Positions 24,721 through 38,600 of a stretch of 64,000 bases of DNA are shown here, piece by piece. The translations under genes were made by a program, and so were the position numbers. The stretch comes from Raillietiella orientalis (taxonomy: Eukaryota). The notes beneath the pieces were generated by a model. It made no database searches and was not told the origin of the DNA. It saw nothing but the letters and a program-made list of their open reading frames with translations. The stretch is from assembly GCA_036172245.1 (NCBI GenBank), contig JAYWIR010000053.1, forward strand, positions 620,001 to 684,000, written 5' to 3'. Positions within the stretch are counted from its first letter, which is position 1; every line of letters begins with the position of its first letter.

Positions 24721-27170
24721 CATCCCGGTCACTCCGGGACGTTTATTTATATTAAATAAACGTACACTGACATGCTTTGGAGGACAAGCCGGGGAACGCT
24801 GATACTCGGCTCGGTAGCTAAGAAGGAAATTCTCTCAGTAAGGAGAGGTTTGAGGGCCAACAGGGGATAAAAATAAATACATAGGCATGGTGTGTGGGAA
24901 ATCCAAGACTAGGCATTTAACGTCTCCAGGAGATGGGTGAAAGAGAGAGAAGTCAGGGCAATCAGGTTCTGTCCAGTGTCTTCCTTATAGCCTTCTAGAA
25001 ACCCAGGCGGCGTCCTCTCCGAATTCCGGACGGAGGCGCGGCCATCCTTCCATCCTCATCCTGGAGGAGGAACGAGTTGGGTTTCCGCCCTCCAGTGCGG
25101 TCGCTTCTCGGGTGCGGTGTAGCATCTCTAGCGGCTCGACGGTCGGGAGCCCATTAGGCGTCGAAGAAACACCGCAGGAGCTGTTGCTGAAGGAAGTCCC
25201 CCGGATGCAGGAGGGCTGGTGCCACTGGCCGCCACCCTATGCGGAGGGACTCGCAGTCCAGAGGCAGGTGCAGGGTCGACTCCATCGCCTGGTACGCCCG
25301 GTGGACAGTTCGTGGACGAGTTCCCTCCCGTCAGGTGGTGCCGGCGTCGCTCACACGGGAGACTCCAGAGCAGGAATGGCGTCGCTGAGTTCTGTCACCG
25401 GAAGAGGGAACTGTCCAAGAGGTAATGCACCGAAGTGGAAGTGAATTCCGTCCGTCAGCTCATCGATGGAGATGTGAACAGTGTCTGCCCGCAGGAGCAT
25501 CAATAGAAATGTGGGCAGTGTCTGTCCACCAGTGCAACGATGGGGATGTAGACATGCCAGCCAGTGCATCGATGGGGATGTCGGAATTTCCTGCTCACCA
25601 GTGGGCTTCTCGGAATCCAACTGGTGAACGCTTGCTGTTGTGGCGTCCGAAAATTCTGGAGCCGGCCACGAACTCGTAGGTTTTGGTGACTCCCGCCATG
25701 CGGCAGCCAACCTCCCTCGTAGCTGACTGACTGGCGGCATCACACTGCCATGGGTGAGGGGAGGAACTGGAGCGAGGGGCATGCCCATTTCTTGTTGTCC
25801 CACGGTACCTCCTGCGACGGGCCATTGTCCCGAAGCGTCAGACGGGACAGAGCAGTTCTGGGCTTTTCCGAGGGTCAAGTGACCGCAGCCTCCTTCCTCC
25901 ACGCATTCCTATTCAGCTTCAGGCAGGAGATCGGCATGCTCTTCGGCTGCAGGTGTGCCGGGTTCCCCAAGGTTCACCCGAAGCCCTTCCAGCGGCCCGT
26001 CTTTCGTGGGGCGAGAGATGCCGCTCTGGAGAGTATTGCGCGCGAGAGACGCCAATGTTGGCTCCACTGGCTGGCCATGAGCGACGGCACTCAAAAGCGG
26101 AGTCGCGCCAGCGTTTTCTCCGGCATCAGCAGGCCGAGTCCGGCACGGAGTCGTGGAGCCAACAGGCCTCCAGGACCAATATGCGCGCGCCACAGGGATT
26201 TTCGGAGGAGCCTTTCTGTTGCCCTCCATCTCATTATGGGGCGGGATCCCAGATCCCAAGTCGCTGCGATTTCTTCCCGGGGAGCCTCACTGCCTTCCCC
26301 TTCTGGAGCGTCCGGACCATGCCTCTGAGACGTGGGAGTCGTTCGTGGGCGCACCGAGACACCGGAAAGTGCTGCTCGCGAGCATCCCCGAGAGGGTCCC
26401 GTCTGGACGTCCTGACCACGGTGTAACAACGGGAAGAACCCGCTGGCGTCGTTCCGTTCGCACTCATGACCGTTCCCCGGCGCATGTCTCGCCGCCTGGG
26501 GAACGGGGGCAGGCAGATCGCAGGGTCGCCAGAGCCTTCCCGAACTCGAAGTGGATGCTGAAGAGTGACGGAAAGAGGGTGCTTCCCTGCGGGATGCTCC
26601 GCTGTGCGGGCGAGCTAGGAGCCAGAAAGCCAAGGAGGTCCAAGGGTCATCTACTGGTCGACACAGCCGTAAGCCTCGGCGACGTCGATCGTCACTGCCA
26701 ACGGTCCTCGGCTCTTCCCGTCTTTTGTTGCCCGTGTTGCTCGAGTCAGTCTGGGACTAACGGCTGAGGGCTGCAACGCGATGCTGCAGCCTAGACCGGG
26801 CCTGGACGTGGAACAGTCTTCTCTTCGTGATGCTCCCGGAAGCAGCGGAGGTCCGTTCCGGGCTGATCCTAGTTGCGCGTCCCACCGTCCGAATTCACAA
26901 CCGCGACCTCGTTCCGTTTGCGTGATCGTCCTGAGAGAAGGGCTGGTCTGAGGAGGACGTTCGAGAACGTGAGGTTGCATCCCTCGTTGAGGCTGAGAGC
27001 TGTCGCTGACGTTCCAATCTGCGACGCTTCGGTCTTCGGATCCAGGGCACTGGCTTGGGTTTCGTGGTCGCGTGGTCCACGAGACTTCGCCGTCTTCCGG
27101 CAACTCGAGTAGGGAATCTACGATCGGTGATTCAGGGGGCGCCCTGGCCCCTCCAAGGAAAAGCAAGTGC
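24721..27170 (-). mobile_element. Decayed L1/Tx1-like ORF2 with most of the RT domain through the 3' end
   Basis: IDVAEAYGCVD (LDxEKAYDRV-like), QRSIPQGSTLFPSLF (RGxRQGCPLSPxLF-like), FRCLG (YLG), APRLRAGLGLL, LPCERRRHHLT...ESTLHL..DC; terminus AATAAACGTCCCGGAGTGACCGGGATG at 24721-24747. Confidence 0.85.
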
Positions 27171-27200
27171 CCTTAAAGAGGGGTGGTCATCTCCTTGTTT

Positions 27201-27770
27201 TGCACTCGGTCACGACGGGACGTTCATTTGAAAATAGATAAATCACAATTAAAAAAAAAAGTTCATTGAGTAGGACCAACGGCGCGCAGACTGGCTTCTA
27301 AGAGGGTCGGGAGAGGAAGGGAGGGAACAATAAATGAAGTGACAAAAGGGGGGAAGGGTAGGGACGGGAGTCTTTGTTTTCAGCCACTCCTTTCTTCCTA
27401 GAGATGGCACTGAATGCTGGCGATCTTTCTGGCCACTTCTGGAAGGTGAGGCCACCTAGCAGCCGTCCTCATCGAGGCGGTCGCCATGATGATGGCTTCC
27501 CTTCGCTGCGAACGAGACCCCACGGCGGAGTAAACTGCAGATCATGGAGCGGATGCTGCATCTCGTCGCAATCACAGCGCCTGCCGTCATTCCCACTTGC
27601 GCGCAAGAAGCTCGGGGGCAAGTCCTCAGTGCATCCTCTGGATAGCGGACAGCGGAAGCAAGTCGTTGTCGAATGTCTCTGAGGGCACCGCAGTCCATCA
27701 AGAGGTGAGCGGTCTTTGGAAACGTAGCACCCTCGGAACCCAGGCGTCTGCACTGGTTGCACCGAAATCT
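27201..27770 (-). mobile_element. L1/Tx1-like 3' fragment
   Basis: HLLMDCGALR zinc-finger remnant, T-rich UTR, terminus AATGAACGTCCCGTCGTGACCGAGTGCA at 27201-27228. Confidence 0.75.
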
Positions 27771-27779
27771 CCTCTCACG

Positions 27780-28473
27780 AAGGAACAGCAGAATGTCCTG
27801 CTGTCATCTTAACGGGAACACTGAAGTGTTCGTGCTCACAAAGAAGGGACCACAGTTTCTTAGAGGGACACACAGAGCAGGTCGCTGGGGACTGTGAACT
27901 CCAACTGTTGCAGGTGCAGGGAACGAGAATCTCTGACGCACCTGCTTGTGGGCTGTGTTGCCCTCTGGCACCTGTGGCTGCGTTACGCAACGGCCCTTGG
28001 GACATCAAAGGATAATCCCAGAGGCATGTTGAAGCGTCTCTTCGTGCTCGATGCCCTTTCACCTGCCGAATTCCTGGAAGCTCTTTGCTACCTACGAGGG
28101 ATTGTGGTGGCCTGGAGCTACGGGAGAGGAGGACGGCACCATAGGGATGACATCTGCTTCGCCCTGAGCTCCATGAGGATGGCAGCTAGATAGCTCCACC
28201 TGGGACATACTCAGAAGTAACTTGCCGGCGTCCTGGAAAGGATGCAGAGACGACCTGCAGCACCCGGTGATCCCTTCCCTAACCCTCCCAATTTTTTTTG
28301 TATATATTTTTTTGTTTTATTTTCATTTTTGCTTGCACCCCCCCCCTGTTGCCGAGGCGAACCTTGTCGGCCTGTGTGTCGAGTACTTGGCCGGGCATTT
28401 TCGGACAATATAGGGCCGATAAACTAAATGTTTAGTTTTTATAATAAACGTCCCTGCGTGACCGGGTGATAAA
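27780..28473 (+). mobile_element. L1/Tx1-like 3' fragment
   Basis: NCCRCRERESLTHLLVGCVALWHLW...LCYLRGIVVAWS...LAGVLERMQ; terminus AATAAACGTCCCTGCGTGACCGGGTGA at 28443-28469. Confidence 0.9.
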
Positions 28474-29269
28474 GTGAGCAGATCGTTCCACAGAAGGAGT
28501 CCCTTCGCCTGAGAACCAGGAATGGCGGCGTTCACCCGCTCTCTCGTCTTGCAGCGGTCGTAGAGTTCCTCGACTCCTGCAATGTTGCAGAAGTCAAGAA
28601 ATAAGTCAAGCCTGCTTTGATGGAGGTGTCAGTAAGCGCCCTTGAAGAATGGTTGCCTCCTGGTTTGTTGCAGGTGTAAATAATTGCCTCTGAAGAGTGG
28701 TTCTTGTGAATGCCGGTAAATCGGGGAGGTGTTTGGGTACTTGAATGTGTTAAATATGGTAAATACTACCATTCAAAACTAAATAGTGATAGAAATAGTT
28801 TATTTAAGTTTGTTTAGATTTTGTAAGAAGAAGGGTCATGTTTTGAGATGAGAGATGGTGATATTGGGGAGGTTAAGGTGTTTCAAAAAAGGAAACAGCA
28901 TGAGTGAGGGGGAAAGAATATGGGATTTATGAGGGGGCTATGAGATTGCGCTTGACTGCTCCTCTAGCTAGGCGAGATTATGGTGACGATGATTATCGGT
29001 CTGTAGGTGCTGTTGGATGTTGGGATTCATGGTATTTATATGATCAACGCCGGACGGATGTGGGAATAAGATGGGAAGAGGTGCATTGGGGTGCGGTGTT
29101 TTCGTGAATGGGTGGGGTGGTTGGTGAGCAATATTTGGGAAAAGGCGGGATGGTTGATGAGGTGAGATGTCGCTTGTCGTTGATGGTCGTATAGTATTGT
29201 TTTTTGCAACGTTGCAAGGCAGAGTAGGAATGGACGGTGGATCGACGTTTGGAGTAGCGAGGGAGACCT

Positions 29270-30469
29270 AGGGTGCTACGGGACTTTCGGAGGGCATCCC
29301 TTCGCGCTCACGCGCCTGCTGTATCGGATGCTGGACGACGCCATCGTCTTGCATCCAGTCCATGGTTGCAGAAGCAGTCTGTTGGAACGGCAGGCTGGAA
29401 TGTAGCTGCGACATCGCCGCTCAAGGTGCGCAGGACATGGACGCCCAAGAACTGATGCCAACCTTTGCGAACGTGGACGGAGATTCTTCAGAGGGGGTCT
29501 GCAGCCTCGCGCGCATGCCAAGCAGAGCTGGTTCGCTCGTTTCCTGAAAGTTTCCGGGATGTTCACCTTGGCATCGGCGAGCCGGTGGCGGTCGTACGTG
29601 CGCCGGCGCTCCCGAGGGAGAAATGATGAAGGTGCAATCGCAGCATTCCTCTTCATCCCTCCCATGTGGGTCCCGGGAACGCTGCCACCTCGCGCCACTC
29701 TCGGACGGACAGCTCTCTCGCCGACTGTCACGAGGGAGATCTCGCAGCCGGTGTCGCAACAAACAAATCTTTGGGAAGGTCATACCAGCTGACTCCTGCT
29801 GACGGCCTGGGGCGGGAGAACGGAGCTTCCGCAGTGGGGGTGCAGAGCGGAGTCCGCCCCAACCTGTAACCCTTCTCGTGACGCGCGTCTTACGGCAAGG
29901 TGGGGTGGTCAACTGCGAGACTTCGGGTCTCAGGAATCCCTTGCTGGCTGGACCACGCGTCAGCCCTCTGACGTAGCAACGCCGCTGACGTTCGCTGGAG
30001 GTGCCACCGGACAAAGGGGGAAGGTGTAGCGTAAAAACGGGCCAGGTGTGGGAAGGCGGGAGGACGTTCCCAAACCTGTGATGCCCTCCTAGCATCGTGA
30101 GAAAAGTTTCCTCCGTGTTCCTTCCCTCTTCGCGCGGGATTCCACGCAGCGGCCCGCAACCTCAGAAGGGCGGTGCGGGGCCAAGAGAGAGCAGAGGAGC
30201 CATCTGCTAAGTGATATAATTTCTGCGGGTCACCTCGAGGTGGATCCATCTGGGATGCGAAGGGTAGGAGCTCACCGAATAGGATGCGGGGGACCAGACG
30301 GAGTGAGATGCTTCTCATCCTGGAGAGGATCCCTTTTTAAGTCCTCACTCACCTCACTCAGTGCCCCTTGGGGACCTGCTCAGCACCCCCTCAAGGGTTG
30401 CTGCATTCTGCATGCTCACATCTTCGTTGTCTTCTTTGATCAACGAACGACCCGGCGTGACCCTGTGAG
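29270..30469 (+). mobile_element. Highly decayed L1/Tx1-like 3' portion
   Basis: SSPWLQKQSV (cf. WLQESV), ARCGKA...CDALLAS*EKF; terminus AACGAACGACCCGGCGTGACCCTGTGAG at 30442-30469. Confidence 0.5.
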
Positions 30470-31139
30470 TATCTTCCACGATATCTTTCGCGTCCCGGTG
30501 CCTGGTCTTCGGCTATCCGGAACAAAAAACTGCCGCAGGGGGCGCATAGGCGCACGGACGGCGTCTTGAGGGAACCCACGGTATTCCCGAGATGCAATCC
30601 GTCGCAAGGATGCCCGTGCTGTGGAGGCGCCCCGGGTAAGCAGGGGCGGTTACCTGACGCCCAGCGCCCGTGGACGCTGGTGTGCCCTTGGAGGGGTGTT
30701 GTGCGGATGGCAAGGCATGTGGGTACTTCACCTGCCGAGAGAGGCGGTCCCAATAAGGTCACCCATTCCGCCGCCAGCGAAGAACCGGAGGGAAGTGACC
30801 AAGGTGGGATCTTCGTGGCCCAGCGGCCCTGGACACCCCAATCACTCGCTGGGGACGAGGCGGCCTCTTTGCGGCAGGCCATTCCCCTTCCTTCGTGCGC
30901 GTGGGCGGCGCAAACGCGCATGCGGTCTCAAGGTATGCTCTTGAAATCAGCCCTGGTCTGCTCCTCGCGTTTCTCCTCCCAGCCCTTGAACATCCACGCA
31001 TGCCGCGTCCTCGCGCTTCCTCCGTGGGCCGCCTTTCCCGCTCGTCCGCCATCGCTCCTTTCCCCTCTCGCCTTACCGGGATCTGGTCTCGGTCCATCCA
31101 CATCTTGCTAACTTCGTCCTCTTTGAAGAGAGTTCTTGG

Positions 31140-31765
31140 GACTCGCGGGATTCTCCTTCCCGGGCACCGGAATGCCCCTGGACAGAAGAAACGGATTCCC
31201 CTCTGGCTACTCGACTCCCCTTCAAGTCAGGTAATAACCTCATAGGGACCACCCTATGAGTCCAGGGAAGACTTTGGGGGAAAGAATTTGTTCTTCGCAC
31301 GCTTGGAAGGGAGTCCCGGAGGAAATATTTTTTCTTATTCTCTTCAGAAGGATCCCCCAAGGGGGAAGAATTCCCCGTTTCTCCCCCCAAGGAAACTTGG
31401 AAAGGATCCGCTCTTGGAATTTCTTCTCTGGAGGGACCCCCCGGAAAGGTTCCACTCCCTGTTTGCTTTTCTGAAGAAAATCTTGAAGGGATGCTTCCTA
31501 ATTTCTCTGAAGAGTCTCTTCCCGAAGAAAGCAACGCGCTTCTTGGAAACTCTGGAAAGGTACCAATCAGCCAGCTTCATGGTGGTGGTCGATGGAAGGT
31601 CCTCCTGAGAGAGGACGGCTCCCCTTTCACAAGTCTGAAGGGCTTCTTAATTCTTGGAAGGATCCCAGAGGGTGAACTCCAATTCCTGAAGTCAGTGGGG
31701 TCATCCGCGTCACCTTGCGGAAGGGATTCGAACCCGCGACGTCTGGTGCCGCGCGTCCGCCAACG
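31140..31765 (-). mobile_element. tRNA-headed repeat (type II tail)
   Basis: Minus strand GCGCGGCACCAGACGTCGCGGGTTCGAATCCC; body and tail (AGGGTGGTCCCTA...AGTCGAGTAGC...GGAAGGAGAATCCCG) align with 61081-61770. Confidence 0.8.
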
Positions 31766-32291
31766 CCGTCCCTTTCCAACCCTTGCCGAAGGTCCTCTCG
31801 TAAAGCCAAAGAACTCTCTTCCTCCGAGCTTCCCGTCGACTTTCGGCTTTGAACCGGGTCTGAGGAAGAGTTGCGGATGCTCGCAGCTCATCTCACGGCC
31901 TGCGGATCCTGTCTGGGTAGGCTTGGGGGTAGTTGCTGCGCCGCATCCCAGCCGATGGAAAGTTGCCAAGGTAAATGACTTCAGGTTAAGAGATGATTTT
32001 CTGTCCACCACCAGCCAGCTCGACGCAGCCAGCCTGCCTTACTTATTTCACCCTCAGTCCTACTTAACCCCACAGAGTATCCCTGTACCACTTTGCTCAG
32101 CACCGACTTTGAGTTGGTGCTGAGGAGCATACAGGAAGACTCTGGCAACCCTGCCAAGCTCGTTTCTCGGTACTTCTTGTTTCTTTCGTGTCGCCTTTAG
32201 CAGACGATCTTCTGCTGCTGCTCCCTATGTCCACCCCGGAGTCAGCACTCGAGCATTTCTTCGAGCTGCCAAGTTGGGCGCAGGCATTGGA

Positions 32292-32860
32292 TTCTCACCC
32301 GGGTGAGCCGAAGTGTTTATTTCATATTTAAATAAATATTTTCGATTTCGTGGTTGGACCGGTGATCAACCGCGTTTATTTTCGGAACAAACCTGCCGTG
32401 TGAGTGGTTCGCAGATCGGTGAGGTCCGCCATGGCAGCAGGGGGATTAGGGAGACGGGCAGAGAAAAAAGAAAAACCAACAGAAATTAAAATAACTAAAT
32501 AAACTTTGGGGAGGACGGTGAGGGAAGCGATCACATCATGCTGGGGGTGGCCATCTGCATCCTTCGGAGGATGTTGGTAAGCTCTTACTGTATGCTGTTT
32601 TTCAGGTAGGGCTGCCAGTAGAGATGAGAGAACGGCAGAGTGGATGACATCCCTGTCGCTGTGCCCTCCTCTTGCATCGCTCCAGGACCCTACAATTCCT
32701 CGTAGGCACCAGAGAGCTGCTAGCCAGACTGCCGGCCGAAGAGTGCCGCGTAGGAGGAGGAGCCTCCATGCGTCCTTGGAGCTGCCTCCGGGGAGTTCTT
32801 AAGCTCCCCTAAAGCGTTCCCGGAGGGGCCAGAGGGTGCAGAGCCTGGAGATGAACAGAA
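32292..32860 (-). mobile_element. L1/Tx1-like 3' fragment
   Basis: ALWCLRGIVGSWS ORF2 C-terminal motif, 3'UTR motif, terminus AATAAACACTTCGGCTCACCCGGGTGAG at 32294-32321 (second degenerate one near 32357-32380). Confidence 0.75.
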
Positions 32861-32869
32861 AGAAGTCAT

Positions 32870-34420
32870 CATTAGTAACAGTCGGTGCTGGTCGGACTCG
32901 ATCCGCTTGGGGATCCCCACTGGAGAGTACTTTGGAGTTCCGTTGAGGGACCTCTGAGTAGCAGAAACCTGGTCCGGCCGTTTCCAAAAAATAGAGATGA
33001 CTCTCTGCCTGTTCCTAGAGGGCAAGTTCCTCTTGCCAAAAAGGGCCGCGGTGTGGGACTCGCCCGCAGCTCCCCTCCTTCTCCGCCCCCTAGTTTTTTG
33101 CTTGCCCCTGGTACTTGGAAATCGGACCGAGGACTACTCAGAAAAGCCCAATGGGGCAAAGGGAGTTTCCCATTCCAATCGGAAGACCTGTGCTTCGCGT
33201 AGGGATGGTGGCCGTCTTACGCTGGAGCGAATGGAGCTCCAGCTCCATATTAGAAGACTCTCCTTTGCGGCGAGACTGTGGGTTACGGCTTGGTGCGCGC
33301 CAGCACATCTCGCCAAGAGAGCAGCCGGCTGCGAGGGCCTCACATCGGTCCTCGTCGCCAACGAGATAAAGTTGAGGCATTGTGGCCGGCAACTGCGTCA
33401 AATGGTTGCTTTGGAAAAGAACATGCCCTCCTGCTTCCCCATGAACTACACTGCCTGGCTCCAGGAATCCGTCTTCGCCTGGGGACAGATCCACGGTGCG
33501 AGCGAGGTGGAGTGCGTCTGACTGCCACGAAGCAGAAACGCCCGACAGCCACTGCAGCAAATATGCGCAAGCTGCTATGGGTTTTGCTTATCCCCCTTGC
33601 CCCAGTGCCGCCCTCCTTAAAAGAAGCAAGGGACGGCGACCTTCCAGCAAAGTGAGTGGTGCCGTGGTGCATTGCAGCACAAAAGAAAGTTCTCGGTGGC
33701 TGGATAAATCAGCAACTCACGGTCGCTGCGATCCCTAGTGTCTCACCCAAAGGACTTCTCTGGGGAGAGCTGCTGGGGATTTCTCGAGAATCCCTGATGT
33801 GGCTCCCAGTCCTCCCAGTGGGAAGGTGCCAGGTCCCAGGACCGGACACTTCCCTCTCAAGTGGCCGGAATCGACGTGGCTAAGGCTGCATTGGGGAATC
33901 CAGTGCCAAGCGCGCCTCCACCACTGGACCCTGGGCAGCGTACATGCGGAATAGGTGCAGGAGAAAAAAGGAGGCCCTCCCGCATCTGCTTCTTAACTGT
34001 GTTGCCCCCTGACTCCTCTGGAAACGTCTTTCGACGGTCACGGGAGCTATCCCGGAGACGTTGACAAGCGTCTGTTCGTACGTGAAGCACTGCAACGAGC
34101 CGCGCTGCTTAGCAACTGTTTGCTGCTTGCGGAGAATAGTGGCGGCATGGTACTCCACGAGACGAGACCATTCTTACAGAGATGAGACCATTCATCTGGA
34201 TGGAGCTCTTTCCGAGGGTCGTCACGAGATGTTCCCATGTGGGAGCTGAAAAATACCAACTTGCCAGCATCCACCAGAGGATGAACGGAAAATCGCGGGG
34301 CACACTATTATTTCTTTTCAACTCACCCCCAAACAGGATTTCCTTTTTCAACTCTATTTTTCTTTCATTTTATTTTTATTTTTGCTTTTCTCCATCTCCG
34401 TGTTTCCGCATGGAGCCCTA
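32870..34420 (+). mobile_element. 5'-truncated L1/Tx1-like element
   Basis: EYFGVPL...GKFLLPKRAAVWD...RRDGGRLTLERMELQL...WLQESVFAW...LHWG...HHWTLG...CLRRIVAAW. Confidence 0.9.
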
Positions 34421-34549
34421 AATGGCAAGTTGACTGGAAATTCTGCTCGTGGTGGGGCCAAGGGTCCTACCAAAATCGAAAGCTCATTTTTGAAATGAAC
34501 TCCCCGGAGTACTCGGATGAAAAACCTATTTCACCCTCATCCGTACTCA

Positions 34550-34966
34550 ACCCCATGCTTACGCATGATTGCATGGCGGGGTTGTGGCCGTTTGGAGCGA
34601 AGCCGGCAAAGGAAGAAAGGAACGAGGGACGCCCTCCAGTTCACAGCTCGCTTCCTGTGCATAGTAGTCAGATGGCCTTACCTGGGACCTATTCGGACAG
34701 ACCTCAACAGTCCGCTGGAGGGAGTCGGCATCCTTTTCAGGATGCCGACTCCCTCCAGCGGACTGTGATCCTCTCCCGACCCTCCAGAGTGTTTTTATTT
34801 ATTTTTGTTTTCTCCCATGCCCCTATGCTTCCGAGGTGAGCCCTGCCGTTCTGCACACTGATGACCACTCAGGTCCATCGTAGAATTGGTTGTGGTGGGA
34901 CCTCATACTCCACCATGGAACTTGCAAGTTTATTTAATCAATAAACGCCCCAGCGTGACCGGGCGG
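34550..34966 (+). mobile_element. L1/Tx1-like extreme 3' fragment
   Basis: ORF2 C-terminal remnant (GILFRM), UTR, terminus AATAAACGCCCCAGCGTGACCGGGCGG at 34940-34966. Confidence 0.75.
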
Positions 34967-35229
34967 CAACGCCTATACGTGCGGTGACCGCAGTTGGGAA
35001 TCTCCCAGACTCCAAGACTTTTTCTCCATCCAGACGGTGCACTGCGAGGAAGACGGAGATGCGAGGGTGTTCCGCGCAAGGAATGGATCATCCGAAAACT
35101 AGAAGAAATTCGGAGGCTCCTTCTCTCTGAATGTCTTCTGTCTTTCGAATTCTCGTTCCTCTCTGGACAACGCTGGAGATGACCTTCACTGAAAGCGGCA
35201 TTCCCTCGCCGTGAAGGCCCAGTCAGGGC

Positions 35230-35690
35230 GGGCTGCGAATGAGGCGTGCAAGGTAAGCAAGCCCTGCAGATAGGCATTGCATCTGACCTTTTTCCGAGGA
35301 TGTTTCAGTGTGGAAATGCCGGAGGTGGAAGGTTCTTTGAAGTGCACTGTGGACGCGAGCACGTAGCCATTGGTACGCTGACGGTTCTTGCAAACGCCGC
35401 TTGCGAGAACTTCATCGCAGAATAAGCCAGTCGTTCAGTAGCTCCTCTTTTGGTGTTGCAGGCAGACACGCCCCGAGGAACTATCGTGGAGCGTGGTGTG
35501 TCCCACGTCCCTGAAACTCCATTGGGTGCTGCGCTTCCCTGATTTCGATCCGCAAGTCGCTCGCCACGGAGAAGACCTTTCGGCTGTCGACTGAAGCTGC
35601 AACGGTGAATGCGCGGGTCGAGATCTCTCTGTGTCCGTCTAGTCTGAGGTGCCCCATCAGAGAGGAGGGCACACTCGATTCGCGGCAACA
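35230..35690 (-). mobile_element. Decayed ORF1-like remnant
   Basis: PMEFQGRG...LPATPKEELL...KNLPP...PICRAC across frameshifts. Confidence 0.3.
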
Positions 35691-38600
35691 GGGTGCTGAG
35701 AAGAAAGGAGGCAGAGTTTCCGAATAGGACGGGATCAGATTACAGGAAAAAAAAGAGACGAGGCAAACAGGATGCAGCTCTAAAGGATGCTACGGGTGAC
35801 CTGCTATCGACGAACACTGATGCGGGGTTTCCGGTAAGGAACGCGCGTTCCTGAAGGTGATCAGTGGCTTTCTCTCAGGATGAATAGCTCGAGGACGAAG
35901 CCCACGCAAATTGTGGTGGCTTGCGGACGGGAGGCGCCCATGCCGAAAAATCGCATCACCTATCAAGCGTTTCCTTAGAAAGAGACACCTGTCAGCAACT
36001 CCAAGAATGGGGACAGATCACCAGGAAGAAAATTACCTCGATGTGTATCACCGGAAAATGCAGATACACTCCGTTGACTGACGGCCATGTGAAAAGATAG
36101 AAGACGAAGGCGAAAACGACATATCTGTCTCTCCAGCAAGCCGGGGGGATGCCGAGGAAACGAATTGCTCTATGGGTAGCACAGCGAGCCCCACCCACGG
36201 TTGGCTTAAGATGAGCAAAATATCGGGATGTAGCAACCTGCAAGCAGACAAGGATTTATGAATGTGGATGCGTCCGACGTAAATGAGAACCCCTGGGTAC
36301 ACGGTCCATATACGGCAAAAATTTGTGGGCAGAAATAAAAATCAGTGCAGACTCCACAACCCATTAGCCCATTGATAATCATCTATCCCTCTTGTCCCTC
36401 ATAGGATCTCTCCCTTTCTGCTTCTACTGTGCTCGTTTTGCTACGAACGATGCACTTCTGGAAAGCGTCCTGTAGCTTCCATTTCCTCCAACGACAGCTA
36501 ATGAAACAATTAATGGAAGGTCGTGGAATTTTTAGGGGCCATGGTCCGAGTCCATGACCCCTGGTCTCCCGATCAGAGTCCAATCTCTTCTCATCAGATG
36601 CAGCAAGGGTAAAGGTGAAGGGAACCCCTCCGCACCACCGTCTGTCCCGAACGCTCGGAATCCGGTCCAGGAAACTCTTCCTCCTCTGATGGAGGATGTC
36701 GTCCAGGAGCTACGAGTACGTTCAGCTCTTCTCTCAAGGACGCACATCAGGTTTGGTGAGTTCAGGTCAGATAGGTCTTTCAGAGTAGGTGGAGTAGGTT
36801 AGGTTGGAAATGGATGTGTAGGTGGGGCAGGTTTGGGTCGAGTAGGTTAGGTCGGCAAGCATTCTCCCGTGGTGATCGTAGCAAAGTGATCCCATCGATG
36901 CTTTCGGGTCTGTGAGCGGGTCTGTATCCTTGCCTGCTGACCCTCTGGACGCTACCGTCCGCGAAAGCTGAGGTCAGTTAACTTGACGGCCGAACGAACT
37001 ATTTGACCCTTTTTTCTTTTCGTCTTCCTCTCTTCCTCCTTCAAGATAGAAAGAGCGCCCTTTCTTCAAGAGGCCTACTGCGCTATGCGCCTTCCGTTTC
37101 ACGGTATGCGAATCCGAGCTCGGTCTAGTTGCACTTTGTTCTTCCTGTTGACCTCGGGAAGCAGCCTGACGTGAAGACTTCACTAAAGCCACTTCTACGC
37201 GTTTTGGAGGACAAAACCGCGTGCATCCGCTGCTCACACTCAGATACACGCATCCACCTAACACGCGCGCGTCCTCGCCTGATCGGCGCGATGGCGGTCC
37301 GGCTGCCGGCATCTGAGGTGGTTTGTGCGCACGCAGGCGGCCAAGAGTTTCCCTTGGGGGATGTATGGACTCGGGAATCTCCAAGTCGCCCCGAAACCGG
37401 AAGCTGCGTGTTCCCTGACCACAGTGTTTTGCAGAAACGTCCAGATGTTCGCGTGAAGTTCCTCGCCTCCAAGGAGCGGCTCATGGCTGCAGGCACCTTC
37501 GCAGTGCATCTGCGATCGCCTTGCAAGAGAAGTGCGCGGTGGACGGGTGGGCAAGTCACCGGAAAATGGCTGCACTGCGACGGAGGGTATGCTGTTCGAG
37601 AATCACCGGGGTAAGTACGTGAGCCCCAAGTCTTCTGCGAACTCTCACAGGGGTGCGGAAGGCTAGAGTTCTTTCAGCGAGTGACTAGATTAAAGGATTG
37701 AAAAGGAGGGAACCTCCTCCGACAAAGGAAAGCAGGACACGGACTATTCGGATTAGCGCTATCTTAATAAGAAAGTCCGAACAAAACGCCTACCATCAAA
37801 CGCATAATAAAGTATCGGACTCAAAAAGAACAATGGAACGCCAGAAAATCCAACTTTATCTCTGAAAGGCCGAGATCCTCCTCTCAAAAAAAAAAAAAAG
37901 GAAAAACACATACACACACATACACACAGACATACAATTAAAAGTTGCGTCTTGAAAGTCCCGAAAGATAACCTAACGACGTATCTGAAATTCCAATCAT
38001 TTCGCTTGCTATCTGCTGTCCCATCTTCCCGATCGTTAGTCCTCTCCATTTATTCCCGCCATGATATCCTCCTCAGTAGATCCGTGCTCGTCCCCGCTTT
38101 CTTTCATTCATCCCGCTCGGCGAAAAAGGCGGAGGACGAATGCGCGACCTGGACGCTTCCCTGTGCTTCAAGTAGGAACCCAGACGGGGTCCTTCGCTGA
38201 CTCCGCGGCCTCGGGCATCTGTGCTGTTTCGCGGATGTGCGGCTTTTTTTTTATGCCTTCTCCAGCCCCGCTCACGGAGAGGGGCATTTTATCCTTCCCT
38301 TTGTTGGTCCCATGGTAACAGCTCCACAAGTCCTTTCGAGCACCCCCGGCGCTCTTTTTCTACAGAGTTTGCATTTCCCCTTGTCAGGCCGCGATTGTTC
38401 CGCCTCCTGCGGGGAGTAGGAAGGTGGGTGGGAAGGAATTCTCTCTCTTACTGTGTGGCGGTCATTCTCACACCGACTTGTTGCTCTGCTTCACGTATCC
38501 TTTGCAGGGAGTACCTGAGAGCCCATGCCAGACCCCTACCGCAGTTTCGTTTCCTTCCCTATTTTCCCAACTCAGAAGTTCCATGAGGATTCGGGCAGCT

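Noticed and set aside
28700..29260. G/T-skewed block as inverted partner of 5900-6160
   Set aside because: Only compositional resemblance and short words such as CACCCATT; no alignable stretch.
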